A stretch of DNA of 63,123 nt, the filler included, from Octopus bimaculoides (lineage: Eukaryota): NCBI RefSeq assembly GCF_001194135.2. It is 8 parts of 7 records of this genome, joined end to end, with 100 filler letters (N's around TTAATTAATTAA, not from the genome) between each part and the next. Parts side by side here need not be neighbours in the genome. Positions count along the whole stretch, not along the records: positions 9,587 to 23,985 come from NC_068981.1; positions 24,086 to 32,828 come from NC_068995.1; positions 32,929 to 42,821 come from NC_068997.1; 5 more parts are not named here. One strand, written 5' to 3'. Positions 22,450 through 34,076 of the stretch are shown here, in pieces. The position numbers were made by a program, and so were the translations under genes. Position 1 is the first letter of the stretch. Every line of letters starts with the position of its first letter. A model generated the notes under the pieces. That model ran no database searches, was not told the origin of the DNA, and worked only from the letters and a program-made list of their open reading frames with translations.

Positions 22450-23835
22450 TGGGTTCAGGTACTGAATTGAAGAGTGATAAATAAAGAGATAAAAATTCGA
22501 GGTAAGGGCTTCCAAAAGGAACTATTCGAATCAATTAATAATTTGGTGTTTATACGAAATGTCGGATGAAAGTTAAAAATTTTTTAAATTCAGGGGTAGA
22601 TAAAAAGGTAGATAAAATAAATATATACAGATTCGGGTGAATTCGGGTAAAGGATATCACTGATGGCCGTGAAAATGGCGTATTAAGTATTACAAATACA
22701 GAAACATAATGCTCCCCACTCATCAGGATGGTTTCCTGCGTGATGAAATCCTACATAGTAATAATTTGATAGATTAAAGGAGAACTTTTTTTTAATAAAT
22801 TTTCAAAGTGGCAAGAATGGAAAGACCCAAAGTTCATAGTCAAATTTTCAAATATTAATGAGATAAATTTGAATAGATTTAGTTAACGGATCTAATTCTA
22901 TATGTTCTTAGAAATGCTAAATAGAACGTATATATATATATATAATAGTAAGTTTACTCAGTTCATATATAAGTGATAATATACTAACTAGAATGGAAGG
23001 ATCTAAAATTCAGAGCAAAGATGTTCAAGTATTAATAAGATAAGTTTTAATAGATTTAATAAGCAGGTCTAGTTCTATGTGTCCTTAGAAATGTTGAATA
23101 GAACTTATGGGTACATGAAGGAATCACTTCTGAAAATTTGTTCAGCATACTAGCATTAAATAATTTCAGAATTAGATACGATTCCCTAATATACAATTTA
23201 CATCTATCCGATCCATTTCCAAATGGAGGAGCGCTGGCAATTATGAACCATGATAGTTCATACATTAAATGTCTATCTCTAAGTTTATTCACAAAGGATA
23301 CTAAGGTGGTGGATGTCTTGCATTTAGGGTTTGTGAAAGAATTCATATGGGCTCTATATCTTAATTTGAAGGTGGTTGTGCGTCCAATACATACCTTCTT
23401 CTGGCCATTAGATACAGAAACGACGTATTTATAGCCAACGTTATAGCGACGACATGAGCCTGCAAGTGGACAGGAGTCAGGGACCCTACAATTACATAGT
23501 TTATTGGATGTTGCGCTAGTCTGCGTCTTATTTTTATTCTTTTTCTTATCTATATGATTATTATTACTATTATTCCTATTGATGCTTTTATTTTTGTCGT
23601 CATTATTAATAATATGATTAGACTTAGGTTTGGTAGCTGATTTCAAAACTATATTTTTGTTTTTATTGTTATTGTTGTTATCCTTAGCCATACACTTCTG
23701 TTTCCATCCAATCCTGTGCACAAGGTATTATTATTAGCTAGAGTATTATGTTTATCGGTAACACGTTTAATGTTTCTCCTGTTTACTGAGGCTATTACAG
23801 CTCCCAAATTCGGCAATACAGAATATGAAAATTTT
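22450..23835 (-). mobile_element. Penelope-like element 3' fragment (post-RT linker, GIY-YIG ORF 23056-23721, 3' flank)
   Basis: KFSYSVLPNLGAVIASVN near 23835-23780; Asn-rich linker; CNCRVPDSCPLAGSC..VGY..CIG..FKLRYRAHMNSF..W.II..APP..CKLY..E..LN.FSEVIPSCTH. Confidence 0.85.
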
Positions 23836-23921
23836 ACAGATGATTTATTGATGTATACGTATATATATAGATGTATATATATACAGATTTATATGTATAT
23901 TTATACACACACACACACACT

Positions 23922-23985
<64 letters not shown>

Positions 23986-24589
23986 NNNNNNNNNNNNNNN
24001 NNNNNNNNNNNNNNNNNNNNNNNNNNNNNTTAATTAATTAANNNNNNNNNNNNNNNNNNNNNNNNNNNNNNNNNNNNNNNNNNNNCATATATACATACAC
24101 ACACATACATACATATATACATGTGCACGCACACACAGGCATACATATACACACATGCACACATACATGCATGCATACATACACACACACTGAGACACAC
24201 GCATGCGCAAAAACAAACAAAAGCAAAAACAGAACGCAGCGTAAATAACGGACAGAGTCAAGACTATTGAAAAGGTTGCAAGACGCAATGAAAATTTTAG
24301 GAAAATAAAAATAAGAAATAAGTGGAAATTTTAACGGTGAGTGTGTTAAATTTTAAGGCACAATAAGAAAATGACTCTCCCCAGACACAACAGAATATGC
24401 TTCAACACACGAAATCACATAAAAATTCTTGCAAACCAAATCCAAAAACGAAAGATAAAAAATATATTTTCAGAAAAATTCTCTCAGATGACGTAAGTAT
24501 AAACAGTTATTAAAACAAATCCTGAAATCAATTAAAGTTTAATTTTCTAAATATACAATGTTTTTAGTGTCCTTTAATTGGGGTACAAA

Positions 24590-25210
24590 TAAAAAGGGAC
24601 TTCCAACTCGTGAATATCCCACATATAATTGCTCATGAGAGAAGCAAGGTTATGTCCAACAACATTGAGTGACTGTCCTTCAGATTTGTTTATCAACATA
24701 CCAAAACTTAGTTTCACTGGGAACTGGAGCTATTTAAACTGAAAAGGGAGGTCAGATGGGATTAATGGGATCCTTGGAATGAAGACATCCTCACCCTTAT
24801 ATTTGTGTGATAATTGTTGCTTCTAGGACATGGAGTTGCATTGCTTTCACCACCAGACTGGTGCCATTGCACAGGTAAGATGGATCCAGATTCCTGAGCA
24901 GCATGATTGGGGTCCCCTTTTTAAGTGTGGTGGCATCCCAGATGGCTGTAGAGAGTTCAGGAACTCAGTTGAAAAGACTGTAGCTTGGTCCTGATCAATG
25001 ACAGTGTCGATAGATTTGAAAGACTGTTCTTGACTGGCAAGAGCTGCAAGAGATCCCAATTGATTTTGTTGACAGCATCATTACATGGAGCTAAGATGGC
25101 TCACTCACATAGCCATTGACTGTTGCTAAAGTTTTATGCAATGTTTGGAAACATGTATTTTGAGATCATTGATAGTTGGTACCATCTCACTACAGGGTAG
25201 CTTGTGTTGC
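24590..25210 (-). pseudogene. Helitron PIF1-like helicase C-terminal fossil
   Basis: AILAPCNDAVNKIN..KSIDTVIDQDQATVFSTEFLNSLQPSGMPPH..GEDVFIPRIPLIPSDLPFQFK*LQFPVKLSFGMLINKSEGQSL..SHEQLYVGYSRV. Confidence 0.9.
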
Positions 25211-25464
25211 TGTTGCAATTCTCCATATAAATGATAACAAAGTGTATATCAAATGAAATTAAAATCCTGGTTCAGTGACAGATCAATCAAGTTAGTAAAG
25301 TATTAATGTTTTTGGTAACAACATATTTTCTCTTGAAATTGGATATTGAAAAAGAGAGAAAATGCCACCCTCTCTTTTGTAAGAGAAATTAAGTTAGCTT
25401 GGCTTGTGTAGGGTGCATGACATCATCTGTAACGCTTTCCAATGTCTAATATGTACATGTATGA

Positions 25465-25716
25465 TCTTTAGATCTTTATAGAGGGGGTATTCTTTCGTTA
25501 CAAACAGCATAGTTGTCAAACTCGATCCGTGAATAAAATTTTTTTATCTCTTTACTCTCTTTGGAAGGTGATATTTGCTTTGATGTGAGAGGAGAAAGTG
25601 AAAGATGTATGTGCGTGTATATGAAATGGAAGATTGTGTGCATGTGAGAGAGAGAGAGAGTGAGTGAGTGAAGATGTGTGCTGTCATGTATCTTTTGCCT
25701 GAATATGTAAGTGGCA

Positions 25717-25748
<32 letters not shown>

Positions 25749-26436
25749 TACACACACACACATACACACACACACACCTATCTTTCATATACACGTACAT
25801 GCATACATCTTTTTTATATGAGTGTGTGTATGTGTGTGAGAGAGAGTGAGTGAGTGAAAGTGTGTGTTGTCATGTATATGTAAGTGGCACTCACTCTCTC
25901 TCTCTCACACACACTATCTTTCATATACATGTACATACATAAATACATATGCATACATCTTTTCATGTGGGTGTGTGTGTGCATGTGAGAGAGAGTGAGT
26001 GAGTTAGTGAAGATGTGTGTTGTCATGTATATATTTTTTTGCATGTATGTGTAAATGGCACTCACTGTCTTTCACATACATGCACACATTATCTTTTATA
26101 TATACACGCGCATACATAAATACATATGCATACATCTTTTTTTGTATGTGCATGTGTGTGAGAGAGAGTGAGTGCCACTTACACATACATAACAACATGC
26201 CTTCACTTACACTCTCTCACACACACACATCCATCTCTCACTTTCTCCTTTCTTTCAATTTCTGCTCTCAAAGTAAAAGAATACCAAAGGGGGTGAGTAA
26301 TAGGAGGGTTAGGGGGTGGTCGGGAGAGGGGAGAGGTTTCTCAACCTTCCCTTCCCCTTTAATTGAGAAGGTATAGAAGGGGGCCCCGCAGTCTCTACTT
26401 TTGGAGGGGAGGCGTTCCTCCCCACCCACTGGCTAG
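25465..26436 (+). mobile_element. Candidate non-autonomous Helitron
   Basis: A|TC 5' start; 3' GGGGAGG-CGTT-CCTCCCC hairpin (26406-26423), 9 nt, then CTAG|T; interior of degenerate repeats interleaved with microsatellites. Confidence 0.6.
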
Positions 26437-26459
26437 TATGTAGTATTAGTCATCAGCAT

Positions 26460-26770
26460 ACAATATTTTTTAATATATATCCAAGTATAATTACTCACAT
26501 CTGATTTAAAATAGAAATATCCATTGTTAATAAGTCGAGTTGCTCCAAGAATATTAAAAGTAGGTAATGTAAGTTATCAATCAGTATATAATATTTTTCA
26601 ATCTATATCCAAGAATAAATACTCACATCAGATTTAAATGTGTTAATAAGGCGAGTTGTTTCAAAAATATCCAAAATATGCATTGGAAGTTTATCAAGAT
26701 ATAACATTTTCTAATTCCTATCCAAGTAGAAATAGTCACATCAGATTGAAATATGAAATACCGAGTGTAC
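26460..26770. repeat. Degenerate tandem repeat, 3 units of about 115-125 bp
   Basis: TATCCAAG..TACTCACATC(T/A)GATT recurs near 26480, 26605 and 26720. Confidence 0.7.
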
Positions 26771-27476
26771 TCTAGCTAATTTTATTAGGTCCATTCCATT
26801 TGAATAACTCATGTTGATATCTATAGCTTATGTCACGGGAATATTGAACTTTAATGTTTATTGTATAAATTGAAAGATGTCCTTCAGTGTATATTGCCAA
26901 AAGGACCGAATGAATGAATGACATATCAATATAATAAGAGTTTTTAACAGGTATGCATCCGTATGATGACCTTTTGTTATTTAGAAGCCTTACTGTTTCT
27001 TCCTCTTCTGAAAATTAGATATGTTGTGTGTAACATCAAGTTTTAAAGTTTACATTATAGTAATTCCAGTTCTTCGCGGAGAACTCCTACAAGAGCAGGG
27101 GTTGCAGGGGCTTAGCACTGGCCCTACTGTAAAAAAATTTAAGGTTTCGAGTTACAGTTGGGGTTAGTATTTAGCAAGTATGGTGTTATTGTAAATATTT
27201 ACCAAATTTTTATCTAGTCACAATTATGTTTATCAGCAACCAATTGGTGTGAATGCGCAAGCGACAGGACTGTACACACAAATTTTGTTTAGAAAAGTAC
27301 TTTTATATACCTTGCTGTCAATTCATTGGATTAATCACAATGTTTTTGGTAACAATATATTCTCTGTATATTGAAAAAGAGGGAAAATACCAACCTCTCT
27401 TTTTGCAAGAGAAATGAATTTTGGCAGTAAGGACTAAACTCATTGTTTCATTATTGACTGTTGCTAAAGTTTTAGC

Positions 27477-30150
27477 CAAATTGACTACATCCTCACCAGA
27501 AAAGGGGAAAGAGGACTGTTTATATATGCCAAAACCTTCCCAGGCAAAGAATGTACCCCTCAACACAGATTAGTAGTTAGCGACTTCGGGATCAAGGCTA
27601 AATGGATGCCCAGAAGTAGACCAGCTTCGAGGAGAAGGGTCTGGAAGCTTAAAGATCCTGCAAATGGACAGAGACTTAGAGATGTGTTATTTGAAGCATT
27701 CGACAAAATAGAAGGGGATATAAATAAATAAATGCGCCATTTTAAAGCCTAGCCAGGCTCATGGGACTGGTTTCCTGGTCTCAATGGCGTATGTATTCCC
27801 CAACTGGACAGGATGCCAGTCCATCGCAGCGTTACTCATTTTTGCCAGCTGAGTGGACTGGAGCAATGTGAAATGAAGTGTTTTGCTCAAGAACACAATG
27901 CGTCGCTCGCTCCAGGAATCAAAACCATAATCTTACGATCATGGTGCTGACACCTTAAACACTAGGCCACACGCCTCCACAGAACAGGATATAGCATCAC
28001 ATAATGTGGAAGACAACTGGAGGTTTCTATGGGACAACCTGCTGAGAGCCACTGACCAGATCTGTGAATGGTGCAAAGTCCCCTCTCGACCCAAAGTAAT
28101 GTGGTGGTGGAACAATATGTTTGACAGGGCTAATAGACAAAAAAAACAGGCTTGGAAGAGCTGGAAGAACGGAGGTAGTGGGGAATTGTATCAGACTGCC
28201 AGAAGGGAAGCTAGGAGACAGGTTTATTTAGCCAGAGGGGAAGCAGATAAGAAAAAATTTGCCAATGTTCTGCACCATGAGGACTAAAGACTTGAAGTAT
28301 TTCGTGTTGCAAGACAGTGTGTGAGAGAGAATCGTGATGTCATATAGGAGAGAAATGTGTCCGCATGGATGATGGCTCACTTGCACTAAACAAGGCTGCA
28401 AAGAGAGAGGTTTGGAGACGCCACTATGAAAGGTTGCTCAATAAAGAGAATGAATGGGAGAAAGAGAGTCTGCTGAATGTTGACCCAACAGAGGGACCAG
28501 CTATCCANNNNNNNNNNNNNNNNNNNNNNNNNNNNNNNNNNNNNNNNNNNNNNNNNNNNNNNNNNNNNNNNNNNNNNNNNNNNNNNNNNNNNNNNNNNNN
28601 NNNNNNNNNNNNNNNNNNNNNNNNNNNNNNNNNNNNNNNNNNNNNNNNNNNNNNNNNNNNNNNNNNNNNNNNNNNNNNNNNNNNNNNNNNNNNNNNNNNN
28701 NNNNNNNNNNNNNNNNNNNNNNNNNNNNNNNNNNNNNNNNNNNNNNNNNNNNNNNNNNNNNNNNNNNNNNNNNNNNNNNNNNNNNNNNNNNNNNNNNNNN
28801 NNNNNNNNNNNNNNNNNNNNNNNNNNNNNNNNNNNNNNNNNNNNNNNNNNNNNNNNNNNNNNNNNNNNNNNNNNNNNNNNNNNNNNNNNNNNNNNNNNNN
28901 NNNNNNNNNNNNNNNNNNNNNNNNNNNNNNNNNNNNNNNNNNNNNNNNNNNNNNNNNNNNNNNNNNNNNNNNNNNNNNNNNNNNNNNNNNNNNNNNNNNN
29001 NNNNNNNNNNNNNNNNNNNNNNNNNNNNNNNNNNNNNNNNNNNNNNNNNNNNNNNNNNNNNNNNNNNNNNNNNNNNNNNNNNNNNNNNNNNNNNNNNNNN
29101 NNNNNNNNNNNNNNNNNNNNNNNNNNNNNNNNNNNNNNNNNNNNNNNNNNNNNNNNNNNNNNNNNNNNNNNNNNNNNNNNNNNNNNNNNNNNNNNNNNNN
29201 NNNNNNNNNNNNNNNNNNNNNNNNNNNNNNNNNNATGGTTAGTGAGAGCTGTGCGAGCCATGTACAGGGACACTGTCAGTAAGGTGAGGGTTGGCAATGA
29301 GTACAGTGAAGAATTCCGGGTAGAGGTAGGGGTCTACCAAGGTTCAGTCCTCAGCCCCCTCCTATTTATCATAGTCCTCCAGGCAATAATACAGGAATTC
29401 AAGACAGGTTGACCCTGGGAGCTCCTCTATGCTGATGACCTTGCTCTAATAGCTGAGTCACTATCAGAACTAGAGGAGGAGTTTCAGGTGTGGAAGTAAG
29501 GATTAGAATCGAAGGGCCTTAGAGTCAACATAGCTAAAATCAAAGTCCTAATAAGTAGAAAGGCAGGCAAGCCACAAACCCCTTCAAGTAGATGGCCCTG
29601 CTCGATCTGTAGAAAAGGTGTAGGTAGAAACTCTATAAGATTTACCCAGTGTAAGCTGTGGACACATAAGAGGTGCAGCAATATCAAAGGAAGGCTAACT
29701 AGCAAGATAGTTTTTGTATGTGGCAGATGCTCAGGAGCAGTATGCTCCGTTGGATGTGTAATGTCAGTGTGCATACTTGACAGAGTGTAAATACCTTGAG
29801 AGAAAAGTTGGACTTAAGAAGCATCAGTTGTGGTATGCAAGAGAGACGATTGTGCTGGTATGGTCATTTGGTGAGAATAGATGAGGATAGCTGTGTGGAA
29901 AAGTGCCACAGACTAGCTGTTGAGGGTACCTGTGGAAGAGGTAGACCCAGGAAGACCTGGGATGAGGTGGTGAAGCACGACCTTTGAACATTAGGCCTCA
30001 CCGAGGCAATGACTTCTGACCGAGACCTTTGGAAATATGCTGTGCATGAGAAGACCCAGCAAGACAAGTGAGACCATAACCCGTGGCCTTTACCAGGGGT
30101 GTAACCAGCCCACTTATGCATACCTTTCCTTCTTTGGACACAAAACCCCC
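27477..30150 (+). mobile_element. RTE-clade LINE (end of APE endonuclease, RT, C-terminus, 3' UTR), degenerate and gapped
   Basis: QIDYIL..QHRLVVSDF; VTWWWN-like MWWWNN; QGSVLSPLLF; LLYADDL; WPCSICRKGVG..WTHKRC; WYGHLVR..GRGRPRKTW. Confidence 0.92.
27723..27980 (-). mobile_element. tRNA-derived SINE nested in the RTE LINE, with 13-bp TSD
   Basis: Head GTGGAGGCGTGTGGCCTAGTG; TSD AGAAGGGGATATA (27710-27722) / AGAACAGGATATA (27981-27993). Confidence 0.85.
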
Positions 30151-30470
30151 ACTCTATCTACCTCTATTTCTATTTATTTACTTTTCTTTCCCCGTTACCA
30201 CTTAATAGCCACCTCTGCTACTATTTTGTTATTGAACGCTGATATTTTCACGTCTTTTTTTCTCTGGATGTTTACAATATCAGGATTTTATCCCACATGG
30301 ATCTACGCAGGATTGCATCTAAGGACTTATGCATTTGTTTCTACAACATCAGAAAGTAGAACTATAAACTTTTATGCTTCTTTTTTCTCTCTCTTTATCT
30401 CCTTATTCCTTTATTCCCTTCCTTTTTGTCATCATTCCATTAATATATACTCTTCTCATTTTCCCTATTT

Positions 30471-30525
30471 GTCTCTGATGATGGAATATCCCATATTTGG
30501 GATATCCTAGAAACAGCTGTAAGAC
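30471..30525 (+). ncRNA. Type I minimal hammerhead ribozyme (Penelope pLTR type)
   Basis: Stem I GTCT/AGAC; CTGATGA 30475-30481; 12-bp stem II with one mismatch and TATT loop; GAAA 30510-30513; palindromic CAGCTG stem III; GTA cleavage triplet 30519-30521. Confidence 0.8.
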
Positions 30526-31413
30526 TTTGAATTTTTTCCAATAATAATAATGTATATGACTTGAGATGTTTGCCTTGCCTTAATGTTTGTTGTCCGCTTT
30601 AACAAATATATATNNNNNNNNNNNNNNNNNNNNNNNNNNNNNNNNNNNNNNNNNNNNNNNNNNNNNNNNNNNNNNNNNNNNNNNNNNNNNNNNNNNNNNN
30701 NNNNNNNNNNNNNNNNNNNNNNNNNNNNNNNNNNNNNNNNNNNNNNNNNNNNNNNNNNNNNNNNNNNNNNNNNNNNNNNNNNNNNNNNNNNNNNNNNNNN
30801 NNNNNNNNNNNNNNNNNNNNNNNNNNNNNNNNNNNNNNNNNNNNNNNNNNNNNNNNNNNNNNNNNNNNNNNNNNNNNNNNNNNNNNNNNNNNNNNNNNNN
30901 NNNNNNNNNNNNNNNNNNNNNNNNNNNNNNNNNNNNNNNNNNNNNNNNNNNNNNNNNNNNNNNNNNNNNNNNNNNNNNNNNNNNNNNNNNNNNNNNNNNN
31001 NNNNNNNNNNNNNNNNNNNNNNNNNNNNNNNNNNNNNNNNNNNNNNNNNNNNNNNNNNNNNNNNNNNNNNNNNNNNNNNNNNNNNNNNNNNNNNNNNNNN
31101 NNNNNNNNNNNNNNNNNNNNNNNNNNNNNNNNNNNNNNNNNNNNNNNNNNNNNNNNNNNNNNNNNNNNNNNNNNNNNNNNNNNNNNNNNNNNNNNNNNNN
31201 NNNNNNNNNNNNNNNNNNNNNNNNNNNNNNNNNNNNNNNNNNNNNNNNNNNNNNNNNNNNNNNNNNNNNNNNNNNNNNNNTTCCCTTTGTTTTTAACGGT
31301 CATTTTTCACAGGAATTTTCAATTGGTCGGATAACTGAAGAGATGTTGGTGTGGGCTCCCACCCTGGCATCTGAAACTCGGAGTTTTATCATGGCTACTG
31401 AATAAGTGTCACA

Positions 31414-31445
<32 letters not shown>

Positions 31446-31454
31446 CATTATATA

Positions 31455-32425
31455 GGTTAATGAGTAATGTGCCAAAATCTGGATGCCCTAAGACTTTTGT
31501 GACTGAAAAGAATGAGATGATAGTGGCTATGACATTTGTGAACAGTTCAAAGAAGTCCACACGGCATGCTTCTGTAGAACTATCCATACCAAGAAGATTA
31601 TTGCAATGCCTAATGCATAAGCTGAAATTAAAACCTTTCTGTCCACAACTGGTACATGGTCTTTTGGATGACAACTCAGATCGCAGGCTGCAATTCTGCG
31701 AAATGATGTGTGACCAAATCGCTAATAAGCAACCGGACTATCTGGATAAGGTCATCTGGTCAGATGTGGCTTGCTTCAAATTATCTGGTCATGTAAACAG
31801 GCATAACTGCATGTATTGGGTTGATAAAAATCCCTATTTGACCATAGAATATCAACTGAACCAGACTGGCATTACAGTTTGGGGTGCACTCTCAAGCAAA
31901 GGTGTTATCGGACCCATTTTCTTTGAGAGAACTGCTTGGAAATGCTTCATGATGTGGAAGTACCACAACTCAGAACAAAAGCTAACTTTCAGCAAGATGG
32001 AGCACCTTCATATTATGTGTTGACAGTAAGAAACGACCTTAACCAAGCCTTTCCACAGCATTGGTTTGGAAAACGGGGTAGCATCGAATGACGACCATGT
32101 TCCTTTGACCTGACATCAATGGATTTCTTTTTCGGGGTGCTGTAAGGAACAAGAATTATGAGAAGAATCCCAAAACAGTAAATGAATTAAAAGATTACAT
32201 TTTTGAGGCATTTGCTGAGGTTGATGGAGATCGGAATCTGTGTTCTGAAGAGGTTTGAACAATGTTGCAGTCTTGAAGGAGGACATTTCGAGCATCTGAG
32301 AGATTAAACATTATTTAAGATGTGCATAAACAATATGATTGTAAGATAAAAATGTAAATGAAATAAAATATTTTAAAAGAAATTGTAAGTGATAACTGTA
32401 AACCTTACTTTTGGATCACTCTGTA
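31455..32425 (+). pseudogene. IS630-Tc1-mariner transposase fossil, DD41D (rosa/Visitor-like), with right end
   Basis: SGCP..STR..S..L; IWSDVACF..GHVN.HN..YW; VWGALS..VIGPIFF; QQDGAP..SIE*RPCSFDLTSMD. 41 residues counted between the second and third Asp; ends GGATCACTCTG-TA. Confidence 0.85.
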
Positions 32426-32544
32426 TATATACATATGTATATTATGTACATGGGAGAATTTACGAAAAAAACAACAGACGAAGACAGGTGATGTAAACAA
32501 CAAATGGATGTATTAGTTTAACGCTCGGGATATTATGTACATAT

Positions 32545-32757
32545 ATATATTCTTTTATCTGTTTCAGTTATTTGACTGCAGCCATGCTGGATCACTGCTT
32601 TTTGTTGAACAAATCGACCCCAGGACCTATTCTTTTGTACGCCTACTACTTATTTTATCGCTCTCTTTTGCCGAACTGCTAAGTTACAGGGAGGTAAATA
32701 TACCAACATGGGTTGTCAAGTGATGGTAGAGATACAAGCAGAGACACACAAACATAC

Positions 32758-32760
<3 letters not shown>
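32545..32760 (-). mobile_element. SINE family A 3' half
   Basis: Reverse complement of the CAGCATGGC.GCAGTCAAAT.ACTGAAACA tail and TTCGGCAAAAGAG body. Confidence 0.75.
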
Positions 32761-32828
<68 letters not shown>

Positions 32829-32928
32829 NNNNNNNNNNNNNNNNNNNNNNNNNNNNNNNNNNNNNNNNNNNNTTAATTAATTAANNNNNNNNNNNNNNNN
32901 NNNNNNNNNNNNNNNNNNNNNNNNNNNN

Positions 32929-32960
<32 letters not shown>

Positions 32961-33339
32961 CATGTATGTGTATAAATTATTTCGGACACAAGCCGTAGAT
33001 CATAAAGTTTTTAAAGGAAACTTTATTTTATGTGATGTTTTATTATCACTGTTATAATTATTGTTGTTGTAACTATTATTGTTGATATTTGTTGTTCTTT
33101 TTGTCGTCATCGTCGTCGTTGACGTCGTCGTTGTTCATGTTGTTTGTTATTATTATTATTATTATTATTTATGTATCTATTTATTTATCTATTTATTTAT
33201 TATATCTTTCTCCGTTTTCTTCCTCTGTTTAGACGAACTTTCCTACCTTTTCGGACAAAACCTTTTGTAACCTTCGTCCTGTCTTTGTCCTTATATGTTT
33301 TTAATTGATATTAGCCCCTGTGGCCAATAAAACGAACGA

Positions 33340-33381
<42 letters not shown>

Positions 33382-33962
33382 TGGACAGAGGCGGGTATTT
33401 CTAAGGTAAAAGGCCAGCCATAAACATGTCCACCAGTTGCTCAGTTTGTAAGAAAGGGCGGTGTTCCTCTTCCTTCTAATCTCATCACACTTCAGCAACC
33501 ACAAGGGAAAAGACAAAAGCGAGGGGGAAAAAGACGTAGAGTAAAATAGACAAAAAGAAAGAAAGGAGGAAGGAAGGAAAGAAAAAAGAAAGAAAGAATG
33601 AAAGATGGAAGAAATTAATAAATCAAATAAAGCAACAAATATGTGATGGACTCCTTAAAACGGAAAAGACGCAGGTTTTATTTTACTTGGTTTGTCCAAT
33701 CCATCCTCGTTATGTTTGTCATCACACACAAGAGCTGGGTGTGCAATAAAAAGCAATAAAGTAATTTAGGGGTCTTATGGTTTTCTATGGTAATTTATCT
33801 CAGAATTTCAAATTACTTTTCAATCTACAAAAGACATGGAGTTATAAAGAAAATGAAGAAAAGTGTGTGGGGTGGGGAATAAAAACAGACTAAAACGCTA
33901 GTCATCGTAAAAAAATGAAAATCACACAAGTACGTAAATAAAGACAATACCTACAAGCACTA

Positions 33963-34045
33963 AGAAGAAGAAGAAGGAAGGGGAGAAGACGAAGAAGAAG
34001 AAGAAGAAGAAGAAGAAGAAGAAGAAGAAGAAGAAGAAGAAGAAG

Positions 34046-34075
<30 letters not shown>
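33963..34075. repeat. (AAG)n microsatellite
   Basis: Direct reading. Confidence 0.95.

Positions 34076-34076
<1 letters not shown>

Noticed and set aside
22650-22680. Plus-strand hammerhead CTGATGGCCGTGAAA
   Set aside because: Core is not CUGANGA and no stems I or III form.
25600-26230. CRISPR-like repeat-spacer array
   Set aside because: Repeats are degenerate, spacers are microsatellites, the context is eukaryotic and there are no cas genes.
28365-29412. Long ORFs of 170-420 aa dominated by X (also near 4.1, 30.6, 39, 41.2, 45.3, 46.4, 55.5 and 59.9 kb)
   Set aside because: Artefacts of N gaps lacking stop codons.
29431-29440. CTGATGA as a ribozyme core
   Set aside because: It is the coding sequence of the RT YADD motif.
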